The translations under genes and the position numbers were made by a program. The notes under the pieces are model-generated. The model searched no databases. It had not been told where the DNA came from and saw nothing but the letters and a program-made list of their open reading frames with translations. A stretch of 60,684 nt of DNA, counting the filler. It is 7 parts of 7 records of this genome, joined end to end, with 100 filler letters (N's around TTAATTAATTAA, not from the genome) between each part and the next. Parts side by side here need not be neighbours in the genome. Positions count along the whole stretch, not along the records: positions 46,670 to 53,198 come from SRR31156797_49406; positions 53,299 to 60,684 come from SRR31156797_49426; 5 more parts are not named here. One strand, 5' to 3'. Position 1 is the stretch's first letter; each line of letters begins with the position of its first letter. Positions 46,767-56,349 of this stretch are shown here, in pieces.

Positions 46767-47837
46767 TTAAAGATTTGGTTTACAGATAACCTTAAGTGAA
46801 TTTTCCTTTCGTCCAGTGAATACATCCAGTGCAGTGGTGTAATCGGAGAGAGGGAACTCATGGGTTATCAGTGAATCTATATCAAAATCATTGGCCGTGG
46901 CCATATTGATCGCTTTTACCAGGGTGTTGGGATTCGCGCGGTTTCCAACCAGATCGATCTCGTTCAGAACGATGTTCTTCAGAGGGATCGTCACATTTCC
47001 GTCTCCCGGGGGCAGACTTACTGCAGAAATACAGCCGCCCTTTCCAACAACAGTACAGGCATCCTGGATCCCTTTCTCTGTGCCGGAGCATTCCAGAACT
47101 CTTTTCGGTCCCAGTCCATCGGTGAGCTCCATTACACGCTTGACCACATCCTCTTCCCGGTAGTTGACAGGGATAGCTCCGAGGGATTCGGCAATTTTCA
47201 GCCGGTTTCCACTTCCTGTAACAATAATTTTCCCGGCTCCAAGACTTCTGGCACACATGATGCTCATCAAGCCCTGGGCTCCCGCTCCATTCACAAGAAC
47301 AGAATCACCCGGCTGGATTTTCGACCTCATCGCCATATGGAGGGCAATACTCAAGGGATCCATACAGGCTCCGGCATTGAAGCTCATCCCATCGGGCATT
47401 TTGGCAATTGATTTAATTGATGAAAGCATATACTGGGCATAGGCGCCGGGGGTATAGTGGCCGTGCTGCCGATGGCCGAGTTTTTCATTCCCGAAATTCA
47501 GGCAGAGGTTATATCGGCCTTCCAGGCACATGGAACAGTGACCGCAGCCCACATGGCTGATACCACAGACACGGTCTCCCTCTCTCCATCCGAATTCATA
47601 AGCCTTTTCATCCAGCTTCTCAATGACACCGGACCACTCGTGACCGGGAATAAGGGGGAATTCCTTGGGCCAGAACCCGGGGAAGTCTCCTTCGATGATA
47701 TGGGGATCCGTACCACAGATCGCCACCGATTCCACCCGGCAGAGGACCTCGAAGGGACCAACTTCCGGCACGGGGACCTTTGTGTATTCAAAATCATTCG
47801 GCCCGTTGAGCCGTATGGCATACATTTCTTCAGCCAT
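46767..47837 (-). CDS. Zn-dependent alcohol/sugar dehydrogenase (MDR family)
   Basis: Start MAEEMY after AAGGAG; ICGTD, GHEW, CGHCSMC...C, GAGAQG. Confidence 0.92.
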   Translation of the reverse strand: MAEEMYAIRLNGPNDFEYTKVPVPEVGPFEVLCRVESVAICGTDPHIIEGDFPGFWPKEFPLIPGHEWSGVIEKLDEKAYEFGWREGDRVCGISHVGCGHCSMCLEGRYNLCLNFGNEKLGHRQHGHYTPGAYAQYMLSSIKSIAKMPDGMSFNAGACMDPLSIALHMAMRSKIQPGDSVLVNGAGAQGLMSIMCARSLGAGKIIVTGSGNRLKIAESLGAIPVNYREEDVVKRVMELTDGLGPKRVLECSGTEKGIQDACTVVGKGGCISAVSLPPGDGNVTIPLKNIVLNEIDLVGNRANPNTLVKAINMATANDFDIDSLITHEFPLSDYTTALDVFTGRKENSLKVICKPNL

Positions 47838-47865
47838 TAAAATCTCCTTAAAAAAAATTTGTGAG

Positions 47866-48888
47866 TTATTTCCAGTGAACCATCGGCAGACCCGGACAGG
47901 GCGCCTTGAAAAACGGGATCTTTGTCCCCCTAAGCGAACCGATATAAGCTGTCTGAAGATCCGGCCCGCCAAAGGTGACACTGGCCATCCAGGGAGCAAT
48001 CCCCCGGCCTGTTTCGAAAAGGATCTCCGAAGTGACCCTCTTCTCGAAGAAAGCATCATCCAGGGCTTTAACCTTTTCGGGGTCACCCTCATTGATTAGA
48101 ACGACCTGCTCTCCGTCGGGGGTAATGACAAAGAGAGTGTCCGAGTACACGGTTGTGCCCCAGAGGTTACCGTAAGAGTCAAAAGCGATACCATCGGGAT
48201 AGGCGCCTTTACCCAGACTGGACGGTCCGTAAATCTCCCGATCGTGGAGATCGCCGTTTTCATCACATCTGAACCTTAAAATACGTCCACCCGTAGTCTC
48301 AACAACATAGAGGTACTCTTCATTTTTATCGAACCGAACCTCATTGGTGAAATGCAGCCCTTCGGCCACGATATGGATGCCTCTTTCATCGTATCGAGCG
48401 ATGTATCCGTCTTCCAGATCCGGAACAAGAGCATCTATCCAGTTTTTGACCTTTGTCGTAATGGTGATCCAGAGCCGATCCTTTGAATCCCGGAGTACAA
48501 AGTTAACCTTGCCAATCTCTTTTCCGTCAATCTTGTCGAAAAGAACCTCAGTCTCTCCGGTTCTCTTCATCCTTTCCAGACAGTCGGTTCCGAAATTGGA
48601 AATCAGAATATCTCCGTTGGAAGCGAAAGCCAGGCCATTTGGCAGGGTCCCGGAAACAAACCGGGTCTCTTCATCCGAAGCTTCTGTAAAACCCTGGGAG
48701 TGCTTCTGAGTCACAATGTCCTGACTTCCGTCGGGTCGGATATGCACAACACCGCCCCGGGCATCAGCGGACCAGAGTGAGCCGTCCGGCTCAGCCAGTA
48801 TGCACTCAGGACGCTGAAGTCCCTCACCAATGTACTGAATTTCATCAAGGTCGATGGAAAACCCTTTTAAAGGATTATCATTCTTCAT
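47866..48888 (-). CDS. SMP-30/gluconolactonase family beta-propeller
   Basis: RPEC, PNGLAF, FTNE, PDGIAFDSYGNLW, TFGGPDL. Confidence 0.9.
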   Translation of the reverse strand: MKNDNPLKGFSIDLDEIQYIGEGLQRPECILAEPDGSLWSADARGGVVHIRPDGSQDIVTQKHSQGFTEASDEETRFVSGTLPNGLAFASNGDILISNFGTDCLERMKRTGETEVLFDKIDGKEIGKVNFVLRDSKDRLWITITTKVKNWIDALVPDLEDGYIARYDERGIHIVAEGLHFTNEVRFDKNEEYLYVVETTGGRILRFRCDENGDLHDREIYGPSSLGKGAYPDGIAFDSYGNLWGTTVYSDTLFVITPDGEQVVLINEGDPEKVKALDDAFFEKRVTSEILFETGRGIAPWMASVTFGGPDLQTAYIGSLRGTKIPFFKAPCPGLPMVHWK

Positions 48889-48891
48889 TTT

Positions 48892-49290
48892 CTATCTCCT
48901 GAATGAAGGGTCTTCTTTAAACTCAAGCCCTTCATAATGTTTATAACTTGCCAGATCAGTTGACGGAGCAAAGAAACAGACGACCTTCATCTCCTCATCT
49001 CCGACATTCCGAATCATATGAACCGCATACTGCTCAAACAGAACAGCCGTTCCAGGGCGCATAGGCTTTATCACTCCATCAACCCAGGCTTCCCCCTTAC
49101 CGGAGACGATATAAATCAACTCCTCCCCTTCGGTATGCGAATGGGCAGGCTGAACAGTCTCCCCAGGCATAACCCGGACGATACAACTGGAACTGTACTG
49201 GGGCTGCATTGTTTTCTCATCGGCTATCCAACGGATATACCTTCCTGGAATCAATTTCTCTTCAACATCGCTTTCATGTATTATCTTCAT
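48892..49290 (-). CDS. Cupin-domain protein
   Basis: PAHSHTEGEELIYIVSGKG...HMIRN metal-binding cupin motifs. Confidence 0.9.
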   Translation of the reverse strand: MKIIHESDVEEKLIPGRYIRWIADEKTMQPQYSSSCIVRVMPGETVQPAHSHTEGEELIYIVSGKGEAWVDGVIKPMRPGTAVLFEQYAVHMIRNVGDEEMKVVCFFAPSTDLASYKHYEGLEFKEDPSFRR

Positions 49291-49303
49291 TAAGCACCTC
49301 TAA

Positions 49304-49354
49304 ATTATCGATTATCGATAGTCCAAGGATAACACTCTTATTCCCGGGTGTCAA
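49304..49354 (-). promoter_or_regulatory. Leftward promoter with operator
   Basis: Minus strand TTGACA (49354-49349)-N17-TATCCT with extended TG; ATCGATTATCGAT at 49307-49319 near +1. Confidence 0.7.
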
Positions 49355-49482
49355 GGGACGGATTTTTTAAAAATTATTTCCTTTTCTATGGAGGATTCTT
49401 ACACAGGGGGGAGAAAAAAAACTGACAGTCGCCGTAAGATCTTCCCGACCTCAGTTAAACGATTGTTAAACGCAAGTTTTAC

Positions 49483-49525
49483 TTGACAGATAATATTTCT
49501 GGGTTGATAATCGATAATCGATAAT
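49483..49525 (+). promoter_or_regulatory. Rightward promoter with operator
   Basis: TTGACA-N17-GATAAT; ATCGATAATCGAT at 49510-49522 overlapping -10/+1. Confidence 0.75.
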
Positions 49526-49567
49526 AAATAGCTGTGCAAAAACTAACTTAAATGAAATGGAGTTTTT

Positions 49568-50419
49568 ATGTCGTTTATCTTGGATTCAATACTTCTGGGA
49601 TTAATTGAAGCGGCGCCCCTGGTACTGGCGGCTGTCGGCTTTACTTTGATCTACTACCTCAACGGCTTTATCAACGTTGCCTATTCCGAGAATATAACCC
49701 TCGGGGCCTACATAGCGGTGTTTTTCAACACGATGCTCGGAATGAACTTCTATGTGACAATCATTCCCACGGCCATCATTTCCGGCTTAATCTCGGTGGG
49801 AACCTATCTTGTGGTTTTCCGGCCCGCAGCAAAACGGGGCGTCGGTCCGACGGAGATGATCATCCTTTCGGTTGGTCTCTCCTTTTTTATGCGATACGCC
49901 GCCCGAATCGTTTTCGGGTCAGATCTGTACCATTTTGAAATGGAGCCTCCGGCCTATCTGACAATCTTCGGAATCGGAATAACATCCATTCAGATAGTGG
50001 CCCTGGCCCTGGTCGCCGTCATCTCTGTAGCCCTCTACTTCTTCATCTACAAGACGAACTATGGTGAGATGATGAGGGGGCTGGCCAACAATGAGGAACT
50101 GGCCATGGTCAGCGGTATCAATCCGACCAAGGTTTCAGTACTTATCTGGTTTATCGCCGGAATGGCCGGAGGTCTGGCAGGGACCTTCTTCGGAGTCTTT
50201 TCCTTCGTCAACTCTCTCCTCGGGTGGCGGCTTATACTTACGATCATCATGATATCCATCGTCGGGGGGATCGGAAATGTCAGGGGAGCCCTGGTGGCCA
50301 GTATCGGTGCAGGGATCATAACCGCCGCCGTAACCCTTGTCACAAAACCCCTCTACGGGGATGTTATCCTGCTGGTTATCTTCATCGGCGTACTTAAACT
50401 GAAACAGGTAAGGAGGTAG
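49568..50419 (+). CDS. livH: Branched-chain amino acid-type ABC permease (LivH-like)
   Basis: AVGFTLIY...FINVAY, KTNYGEMMR, GINP, IVGGIGN. Confidence 0.88.
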   Translation: MSFILDSILLGLIEAAPLVLAAVGFTLIYYLNGFINVAYSENITLGAYIAVFFNTMLGMNFYVTIIPTAIISGLISVGTYLVVFRPAAKRGVGPTEMIILSVGLSFFMRYAARIVFGSDLYHFEMEPPAYLTIFGIGITSIQIVALALVAVISVALYFFIYKTNYGEMMRGLANNEELAMVSGINPTKVSVLIWFIAGMAGGLAGTFFGVFSFVNSLLGWRLILTIIMISIVGGIGNVRGALVASIGAGIITAAVTLVTKPLYGDVILLVIFIGVLKLKQVRR

Positions 50420-50422
50420 AGA

Positions 50423-51336
50423 ATGTCCTATTTAATCTACTCACTCTCGGTAATTCTTGTCTATATAGCACTGGCCAGCCTGCTTCATCTGCAGTTCGGC
50501 GTAGCCGGTATCGTTAATTTTGGAATCGTGGGATTCTGGGGCCTTGGAATGTATACCTTCGGAATCTTCCTAATTCAGCTGAATCTGCCCTTCATCGTCG
50601 GATTGGTTCTGGCTGTGGGAATCACAGGTCTTGTTGCCCTCGGGTTAGGCTGGATTATCCTGAAACTTGACGGTCAATCAATACTGGTGGCCACCCTGGC
50701 CTTCGCGACGATCATCCAGAACCTGGTCACTACGGAAAAATGGATCACCAACGGTGTTGTCGGTCTGGGAACCGTCCCCTTCCCCATCAAAGCCGGACGT
50801 TCATCGGATCTGATATTTTTCATCATCCTGATCCTTGTCAATGCCGGTCTATTCTGGTATGCCTCGAAAATGGAGAAGTCGCCCTACGGCCGACTCCTTC
50901 TCTCTATTCAGGATAATGAAACACTGGCCCGGGGACTCGGTAAATCCACCTTTCGACAGAAGCTGATATTTTTCACATTCACTTCAGCCCTGATGGTCTT
51001 GTAGGCTGCCTGAACGCCTCCCTCAACCATTTCCTCGTCCCCCGGATGCTCGATCCCGGTGTGACCTTCACAGTATGGATCGCCCTCATCCTCGGCGGGC
51101 GCAAACACATCTATGGTAGTCTTGTGGGAGCTGTAATCACTCTGGGTATCTTTGATCTGCTGATCGAAACCTACATGCCGATTCCCACAGCCTACGCTCA
51201 GCTCGTACCTGCGGTAAAATTGATGCTCTACGGACTGACCCTCCTTCTGGTCCTGATGTTTAAACCCGAAGGAATCATGAGAGTCCGGAATACATCCATA
51301 TGTACTGACGAAGTCCAGAAAGAGGAGCAGGCTTGA
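50423..51336 (+). pseudogene. livM: LivM-like permease split by a single-base deletion at ~50995
   Basis: Adding one G (ATGGT to ATGGGT) gives continuous ...SALMGLVGCLNASLNHFLVPRMLDPG..., joining ORFs 50423-51004 and 51046-51336. Confidence 0.85.
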
Positions 51337-52103
51337 TTATGGGACAGAAGAAACTACACATTCAGAATATAAAGAAAAGTTTCAACGGCAGAACCGTCGT
51401 CGAAATTGAAGATATGGAAATAGGGACCCATGCCATCGAGGGGTTAATCGGTCCCAACGGGGCCGGAAAAACCACCCTGATGAGTTTGATCACCAGAAAA
51501 CTGGATCCGGATCACGGCCGGGTGCTCTACTATCCCAACGGCAATGAAGTCGATATCTCCACTTTCAGTCTTGAAGAGATCGCCCGAAACGGCATTGTCC
51601 GAACAAACCAGGTTATTCAGGATTTCAACAGCCTTTCCATCAAGGATTCGATGCTCCTCTCCCTGGCCAATTCGGAACACGAAGGGTTTTACAAGCTCTT
51701 TACAGAAAAAAAACTGAGAAGCGAAACGGAAGAGGCGATTAATGAATACCTCGATTACTTTCACTTTGAGAATGTGCAGGGCCACGCCCTCTCCGGCGGT
51801 GAGAAAAAATTGCTGGACATCATCAGATGCCTCCTTCTCAAACCAAAATTCCTGCTGATGGATGAACCCACAGCCGGTCTTCCGGATGATTTGACCCGGA
51901 AGGTTATGGAACTTATGAAGAAAAAAACAGCCGAAGAGGGGATGTCGATCCTCATCGTTGAACACGATCTCGATCTTATCTGGGAAGTCTGTGAACGGGT
52001 CCATTTTATGGCCGAAGGACAAATTATGCTCCAGGGAACCCCTGAAGAGATCCGGAAGAACAGAACCGTCGCGGTGAAATATATGGGAGAAGATCATGCT
52101 TAA
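51333..52103 (+). CDS. livG: ABC ATPase (LivG-like)
   Basis: GPNGAGKTT, LSGGE, LLMDEP, IVEHD. Confidence 0.9.
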   Translation: MIMGQKKLHIQNIKKSFNGRTVVEIEDMEIGTHAIEGLIGPNGAGKTTLMSLITRKLDPDHGRVLYYPNGNEVDISTFSLEEIARNGIVRTNQVIQDFNSLSIKDSMLLSLANSEHEGFYKLFTEKKLRSETEEAINEYLDYFHFENVQGHALSGGEKKLLDIIRCLLLKPKFLLMDEPTAGLPDDLTRKVMELMKKKTAEEGMSILIVEHDLDLIWEVCERVHFMAEGQIMLQGTPEEIRKNRTVAVKYMGEDHA

Positions 52104-52788
52104 AGTTGAGAATATAGTAAGCGGATATGGAGAGGTATGCGTTCTCCAGGGCCTGTCCTTCGATGTCAGCCATCAGATTTACACGGTTCTGGGTGCCAAC
52201 GGGGCCGGAAAATCGACCCTGCTGAAAACAATTGCACGACTTATCCCTCTTGATGAAGGAAATATGTATTTTGAAGAAGAAGAGGTCTCTCAGCTGCCGG
52301 CCTACAATCTTTCGGAAAGGGGCCTGGCTTATGTCCCGCAGGAAGACAACGTCTTCCCCGACCTTACGGTAAAGGAGAACCTCTCGTTAGGGGGCCTTAT
52401 CGGGAAGAGAACAAAACAGGAGAGGATGGAAGAGATTTTTGAACTCTTCCCCGATGTTGTCGACAGGCTGGACCAGAAAGCCGGCTCCTTAAGCGGCGGA
52501 GAGAGACAGATGGTCGCGGTCGGCAGGGCCCTGATGCAGGATCCCAAAATGATGCTCCTCGATGAACCCACGGCAGGACTTTCCCCAAAGTATGTGGATG
52601 ATTTTTTCAAGCGTATCAGAGACATTCATGAAAAGAAGGACGTCAGTGTCATGCTGGCCGAACAGAACGCATCCAAGGCTCTGGAGATAGCCGACAGGGT
52701 CATGATCCTGAGCCTGGGCAGTATCTTCATGATTGAAGATGTCGATAAAGTGGATATCAAAATGGTAAAAGAGGGCTACCGGATATAG
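52096..52788 (+). CDS. livF: ABC ATPase (LivF-like)
   Basis: GANGAGKST, LSGGERQM, LLDEP, AEQN. Confidence 0.9.
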   Translation: MLKVENIVSGYGEVCVLQGLSFDVSHQIYTVLGANGAGKSTLLKTIARLIPLDEGNMYFEEEEVSQLPAYNLSERGLAYVPQEDNVFPDLTVKENLSLGGLIGKRTKQERMEEIFELFPDVVDRLDQKAGSLSGGERQMVAVGRALMQDPKMMLLDEPTAGLSPKYVDDFFKRIRDIHEKKDVSVMLAEQNASKALEIADRVMILSLGSIFMIEDVDKVDIKMVKEGYRI

Positions 52789-52806
52789 TCCCCCCCCCTG
52801 ACCAGC

Positions 52807-52839
52807 AAGCCCCTTTCGTTATCGGAAGGGGCTTTTTTT
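52807..52839 (+). terminator. Rho-independent terminator
   Basis: AAGCCCCTTTCG-TTAT-CGGAAGGGGCTT followed by T-run. Confidence 0.85.
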
Positions 52840-52873
52840 GTTCCTGCTCTTGTTTATAGACCTTCGATAAATT

Positions 52874-53198
52874 ATGATCTGCATCGAGGATATTATATTG
52901 AAGATCAAACGAACCATTCAATTTTTATTTCAAAAGGATCTCGGCGGAGGCCTGAACAAAGATATGCAGTACTGGAGGATACGAATCAGTGACGCCCTTC
53001 TTCACGCCCTTGTTTTATTTGGTCTTTTTGCCTATATACCTTCTGTTTTCCTTTCGATAAGGGACAATCTTTTTGTTATAACAATCGTCGATACCCTTCT
53101 CTACGCCTTCACTTTCTACCTTGCGTTTAACAGAAAGCTGAAATTCCGCTTCAAAGCCGTCAGTACAATCCTTCTGTTTATGGCATTGGGGGTTATAC
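52874..53198 (+). CDS. Membrane protein, probable sensor N-terminus (3'-truncated)
   Basis: Successive TM helices after YWRIRI; runs into spacer. Confidence 0.6.
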
Positions 53199-53298
53199 NN
53201 NNNNNNNNNNNNNNNNNNNNNNNNNNNNNNNNNNNNNNNNNNTTAATTAATTAANNNNNNNNNNNNNNNNNNNNNNNNNNNNNNNNNNNNNNNNNNNN
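53199..53298. other. Artificial contig spacer
   Basis: N44-TTAATTAATTAA-N44. Confidence 0.99.
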
Positions 53299-53352
53299 GC
53301 TTTTAAAACTTTTTCCCGAAAAATTATCTTTTTTGAACAAGGAGATTGATAA

Positions 53353-54276
53353 GTGACATATCTCTCTGTTGTCATACCTATTTATAATGAATCGGAAAAT
53401 ATCAGAGAACTGGCCGGGCGGGTGACCGCGGCGGCCGCATCAATGGACAAACCATATGAAATCATCTTCGTGGACGACGGCAGCTCCGATAACTCATGGG
53501 AGTTGCTGGAAGAAATACACGAGCAAAACAAGGGGACGGTCAGGCTGATAGGCTTTAATCGTAACTATGGTCAACACATGGCCGTCCTGGCCGGGTTTGA
53601 AAGGGTCAAGGGACAGATTGTCGTGACTCTTGACGCGGATTTGCAGAATCCCCCTGAAGAAATTCCCAAGCTGGTTCACAAGCTGGAAGAGGGTTACGAT
53701 GTTGCGGCCGGCTGGCGGGAAAACCGCCAGGATTCCATTTGGCGCACTTTTCCTTCACTTATTGTAAACAAGGTCGCCTCACGCGTGGTCGGAGTCGAGC
53801 AGCACGATTACGGGTGCATGTTAAGAGCCTATACCCGGGAAATCGTGGATCAGATTAACTGCTGCGGGGAGAGTTCAACTTTTATTCCCGCTTTGGCCAA
53901 CACGTTCGCCCGGCGGACGGTTGAAGTCAGGGTCACCCACGCGGACCGCTCCGGAGGGCAATCAAAATACAACCTTTTCAAACTGTTGCGTCTTAATTTC
54001 GACCTGATGACGGGATACTCGCTCCTGCCATTGCAACTGGTCAGCCTCCTGGGCATTCTTATATCCCTTTTGGGAGTGGCCTTTGGCGTGTTTCTCTTTA
54101 TCCGCCGCCTGATTGTCGGCCCGGAAGTGGAAGGCGTGTTTACCCTGTTCGCCATTCTTTTCGTTTTTATAGGCCTGCAAATACTTGTTATGGGATTGTT
54201 GGGCGAATATGTGGGCCGGGTTTTCAGGGAAGTCCAGCGCAGGCCGCGATACTTTATCAGAAGGGTCATGGAGTAG
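53353..54276 (+). CDS. arnC: Undecaprenyl-phosphate Ara4FN transferase (GT2)
   Basis: SVVIPIYNE, VDDGSSD, RNYGQHMA, TLDADLQNPPEEIP, DYGCMLRAY, two C-terminal TMs; arn context. Confidence 0.9.
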   Translation: MTYLSVVIPIYNESENIRELAGRVTAAAASMDKPYEIIFVDDGSSDNSWELLEEIHEQNKGTVRLIGFNRNYGQHMAVLAGFERVKGQIVVTLDADLQNPPEEIPKLVHKLEEGYDVAAGWRENRQDSIWRTFPSLIVNKVASRVVGVEQHDYGCMLRAYTREIVDQINCCGESSTFIPALANTFARRTVEVRVTHADRSGGQSKYNLFKLLRLNFDLMTGYSLLPLQLVSLLGILISLLGVAFGVFLFIRRLIVGPEVEGVFTLFAILFVFIGLQILVMGLLGEYVGRVFREVQRRPRYFIRRVME

Positions 54277-54283
54277 CTGCGCC

Positions 54284-55207
54284 ATGCGCCTGGTTGTACT
54301 GGCCTACCAGGAAATCGGCTATGTCTGCCTGAAATCCCTTTTACAGGCGGGGGCGGACGTTGCCCTGGTTCTGACGCATGAAGACGACCCGGATGAAGAA
54401 ATCTGGTTCAGGTCTGTCGCCGGCTTGTCACGGGAGGCCGGAATCAGAACCCTGACGCCGGATGATCCCAATACTCCGGAAATAATAAGCCTGGTGCAAA
54501 GCCTGTCCCCGGATATTATCTTTTCGTTTTATTATCGACATATGCTTGCGGACGATTTCCTTGCTTCAGCCGGCATAGGGGCGTATAACCTTCACGGTTC
54601 GCTGCTGCCCGCATACCGGGGCCGGGCGCCTATAAACTGGGTCCTGGTAAACGGAGAGACGGAAACAGGGGTGACCCTGCACCGGATGGTCGCCCGGCCG
54701 GACGCCGGCCCTATAGTGGCCCAGCGGGCCGTGCCGATTCCGGATTCCGATGATGTGGCCAGGCTGTACAAGAAAATGACAAGCGCCGCTTACTCGCTCA
54801 TGGAAGAAACATGGCCGAAAATGGCGGTCAACGATTTTACTGAAGCGGAGCAGGATGAATCCCTGGCTTCCTACTACGGCGGCCGCAAGCCGAATGACGG
54901 TCTTATTGACTGGCTAAAACCCGCGAAAGTAATTTATAATCTCTGCCGGGCCGTAACGCATCCCTATCCGGGAGCGTTCACCTATTGCAACGGCCTGAAA
55001 CTGTATCTGTGGACCGTTCGGTATGAAGATGAGACCAAGGACAAATGGCCGGCCGGGACAGTGATCGGGCCGATTGATTCGGGCTTGGCAGTTTCATGCG
55101 GCCGAGGTCGCATAATCATTGAGATCGGCCAATTTGAGGGCGAGAAAGAATCATCCGGCGCCGGGTTAATAAAAAATGGTCTCGAAATAGGGGACGTGCT
55201 CGGCTAA
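54284..55207 (+). CDS. arnA: Stand-alone UDP-L-Ara4N formyltransferase (ArnA N-terminal domain)
   Basis: [47 protein letters not shown]. Confidence 0.88.
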   Translation: MRLVVLAYQEIGYVCLKSLLQAGADVALVLTHEDDPDEEIWFRSVAGLSREAGIRTLTPDDPNTPEIISLVQSLSPDIIFSFYYRHMLADDFLASAGIGAYNLHGSLLPAYRGRAPINWVLVNGETETGVTLHRMVARPDAGPIVAQRAVPIPDSDDVARLYKKMTSAAYSLMEETWPKMAVNDFTEAEQDESLASYYGGRKPNDGLIDWLKPAKVIYNLCRAVTHPYPGAFTYCNGLKLYLWTVRYEDETKDKWPAGTVIGPIDSGLAVSCGRGRIIIEIGQFEGEKESSGAGLIKNGLEIGDVLG

Positions 55208-55247
55208 CCCGACGCCGCAACAAAACGCCTTCTTTAAGGAGAAAAAG

Positions 55248-56291
55248 TTGAAAGTACTCATTCTTGGAGTCAATGGCTTTATAGGCAACGCACTGGTCAA
55301 GAGGATCCTGCAGGATACTTCCTGGGAAGTATACGGAATGGACCTGGCCTGTAATAAGCTGGAACATTCCCTGGACAATCCCAGGTTCAGGTACGTTGAG
55401 GGAGACATTTCCATAAACAAGGAGTGGATAGAATACCACGTAAAAAAAGCCGACGTCGTCCTGCCCCTGGTGGCGATCGCCACTCCCATGGCTTACGTCA
55501 AGGACCCCCTGGGCGTCTTCACCCTGGATTTTGAGGAGAACCTCAATATCATTAGGCAATGTGTAAAATATGGAAAAAGGGTCGTCTTTCCTTCCACATC
55601 CGAAGTGTACGGCATGTGCCCTGACGGGGAGTTTATGGAAGATGACAGCAACTACGTACTCGGGCCTATTCACAAGCAGCGTTGGATTTATTCCTGTTCC
55701 AAGCAGCTTTTGGACCGCGTCATATGGGCCTATGGAACCCAGCATGGGTTGAAATTCAGCCTTATCCGGCCGTTCAACTGGATCGGCCCCAAGCTCGACG
55801 ATATCGACGCGGCCAAGGAAGGCAGTTCCAGGGTCGTGACCCAGTTCATAATCAATCTTTACAGGGGCGAACAGATCAAACTTGTTGACGGCGGCCGGCA
55901 GAGGCGCTGCTTCACCTGGGTGGAAGACGGCATCGACTGCCTGATGAAGATCATCGAAAACAAGGATGGAAAAGCAGACGGGCAGATATTCAACATAGGC
56001 AATCCGGATAATGAATGTTCGGTCCGCGACCTGGCCTATAAACTAAAAGATATGTACATGGCCCACCCGGCCTGCAATGGCGCGGCGCCTGAAATTGTTG
56101 AGATTGAACATGAAAAATACTATGGCGAAGGGTACCAGGACATACACACGCGCAAGCCAAGTATAGAAAAAGCCAAACGCTTGCTCGGCTGGGAGCCCAA
56201 AACGGATTTGGACAGTGCGCTTACAGATACGCTTGATTTTTTTATCAAGGAAATGCAGGCCGCTGCGATCGAGCACAAAGCAACGTGTTGA
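55248..56291 (+). CDS. arnA: Stand-alone UDP-glucuronate 4-dehydrogenase/decarboxylase (ArnA C-terminal domain)
   Basis: [55 protein letters not shown]; own AAGGAG RBS and TTG start. Confidence 0.92.
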   Translation: MKVLILGVNGFIGNALVKRILQDTSWEVYGMDLACNKLEHSLDNPRFRYVEGDISINKEWIEYHVKKADVVLPLVAIATPMAYVKDPLGVFTLDFEENLNIIRQCVKYGKRVVFPSTSEVYGMCPDGEFMEDDSNYVLGPIHKQRWIYSCSKQLLDRVIWAYGTQHGLKFSLIRPFNWIGPKLDDIDAAKEGSSRVVTQFIINLYRGEQIKLVDGGRQRRCFTWVEDGIDCLMKIIENKDGKADGQIFNIGNPDNECSVRDLAYKLKDMYMAHPACNGAAPEIVEIEHEKYYGEGYQDIHTRKPSIEKAKRLLGWEPKTDLDSALTDTLDFFIKEMQAAAIEHKATC

Positions 56292-56349
56292 CATGCTGCA
56301 AGGACGTTAAACTACTTGCTTGTTAAAAGCAAAAGGGAAAAAACAGCGG

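Noticed and set aside
56288..56320. TTGACA before arnD as an internal promoter
   Set aside because: No acceptable -10 at 16-18 bp spacing.
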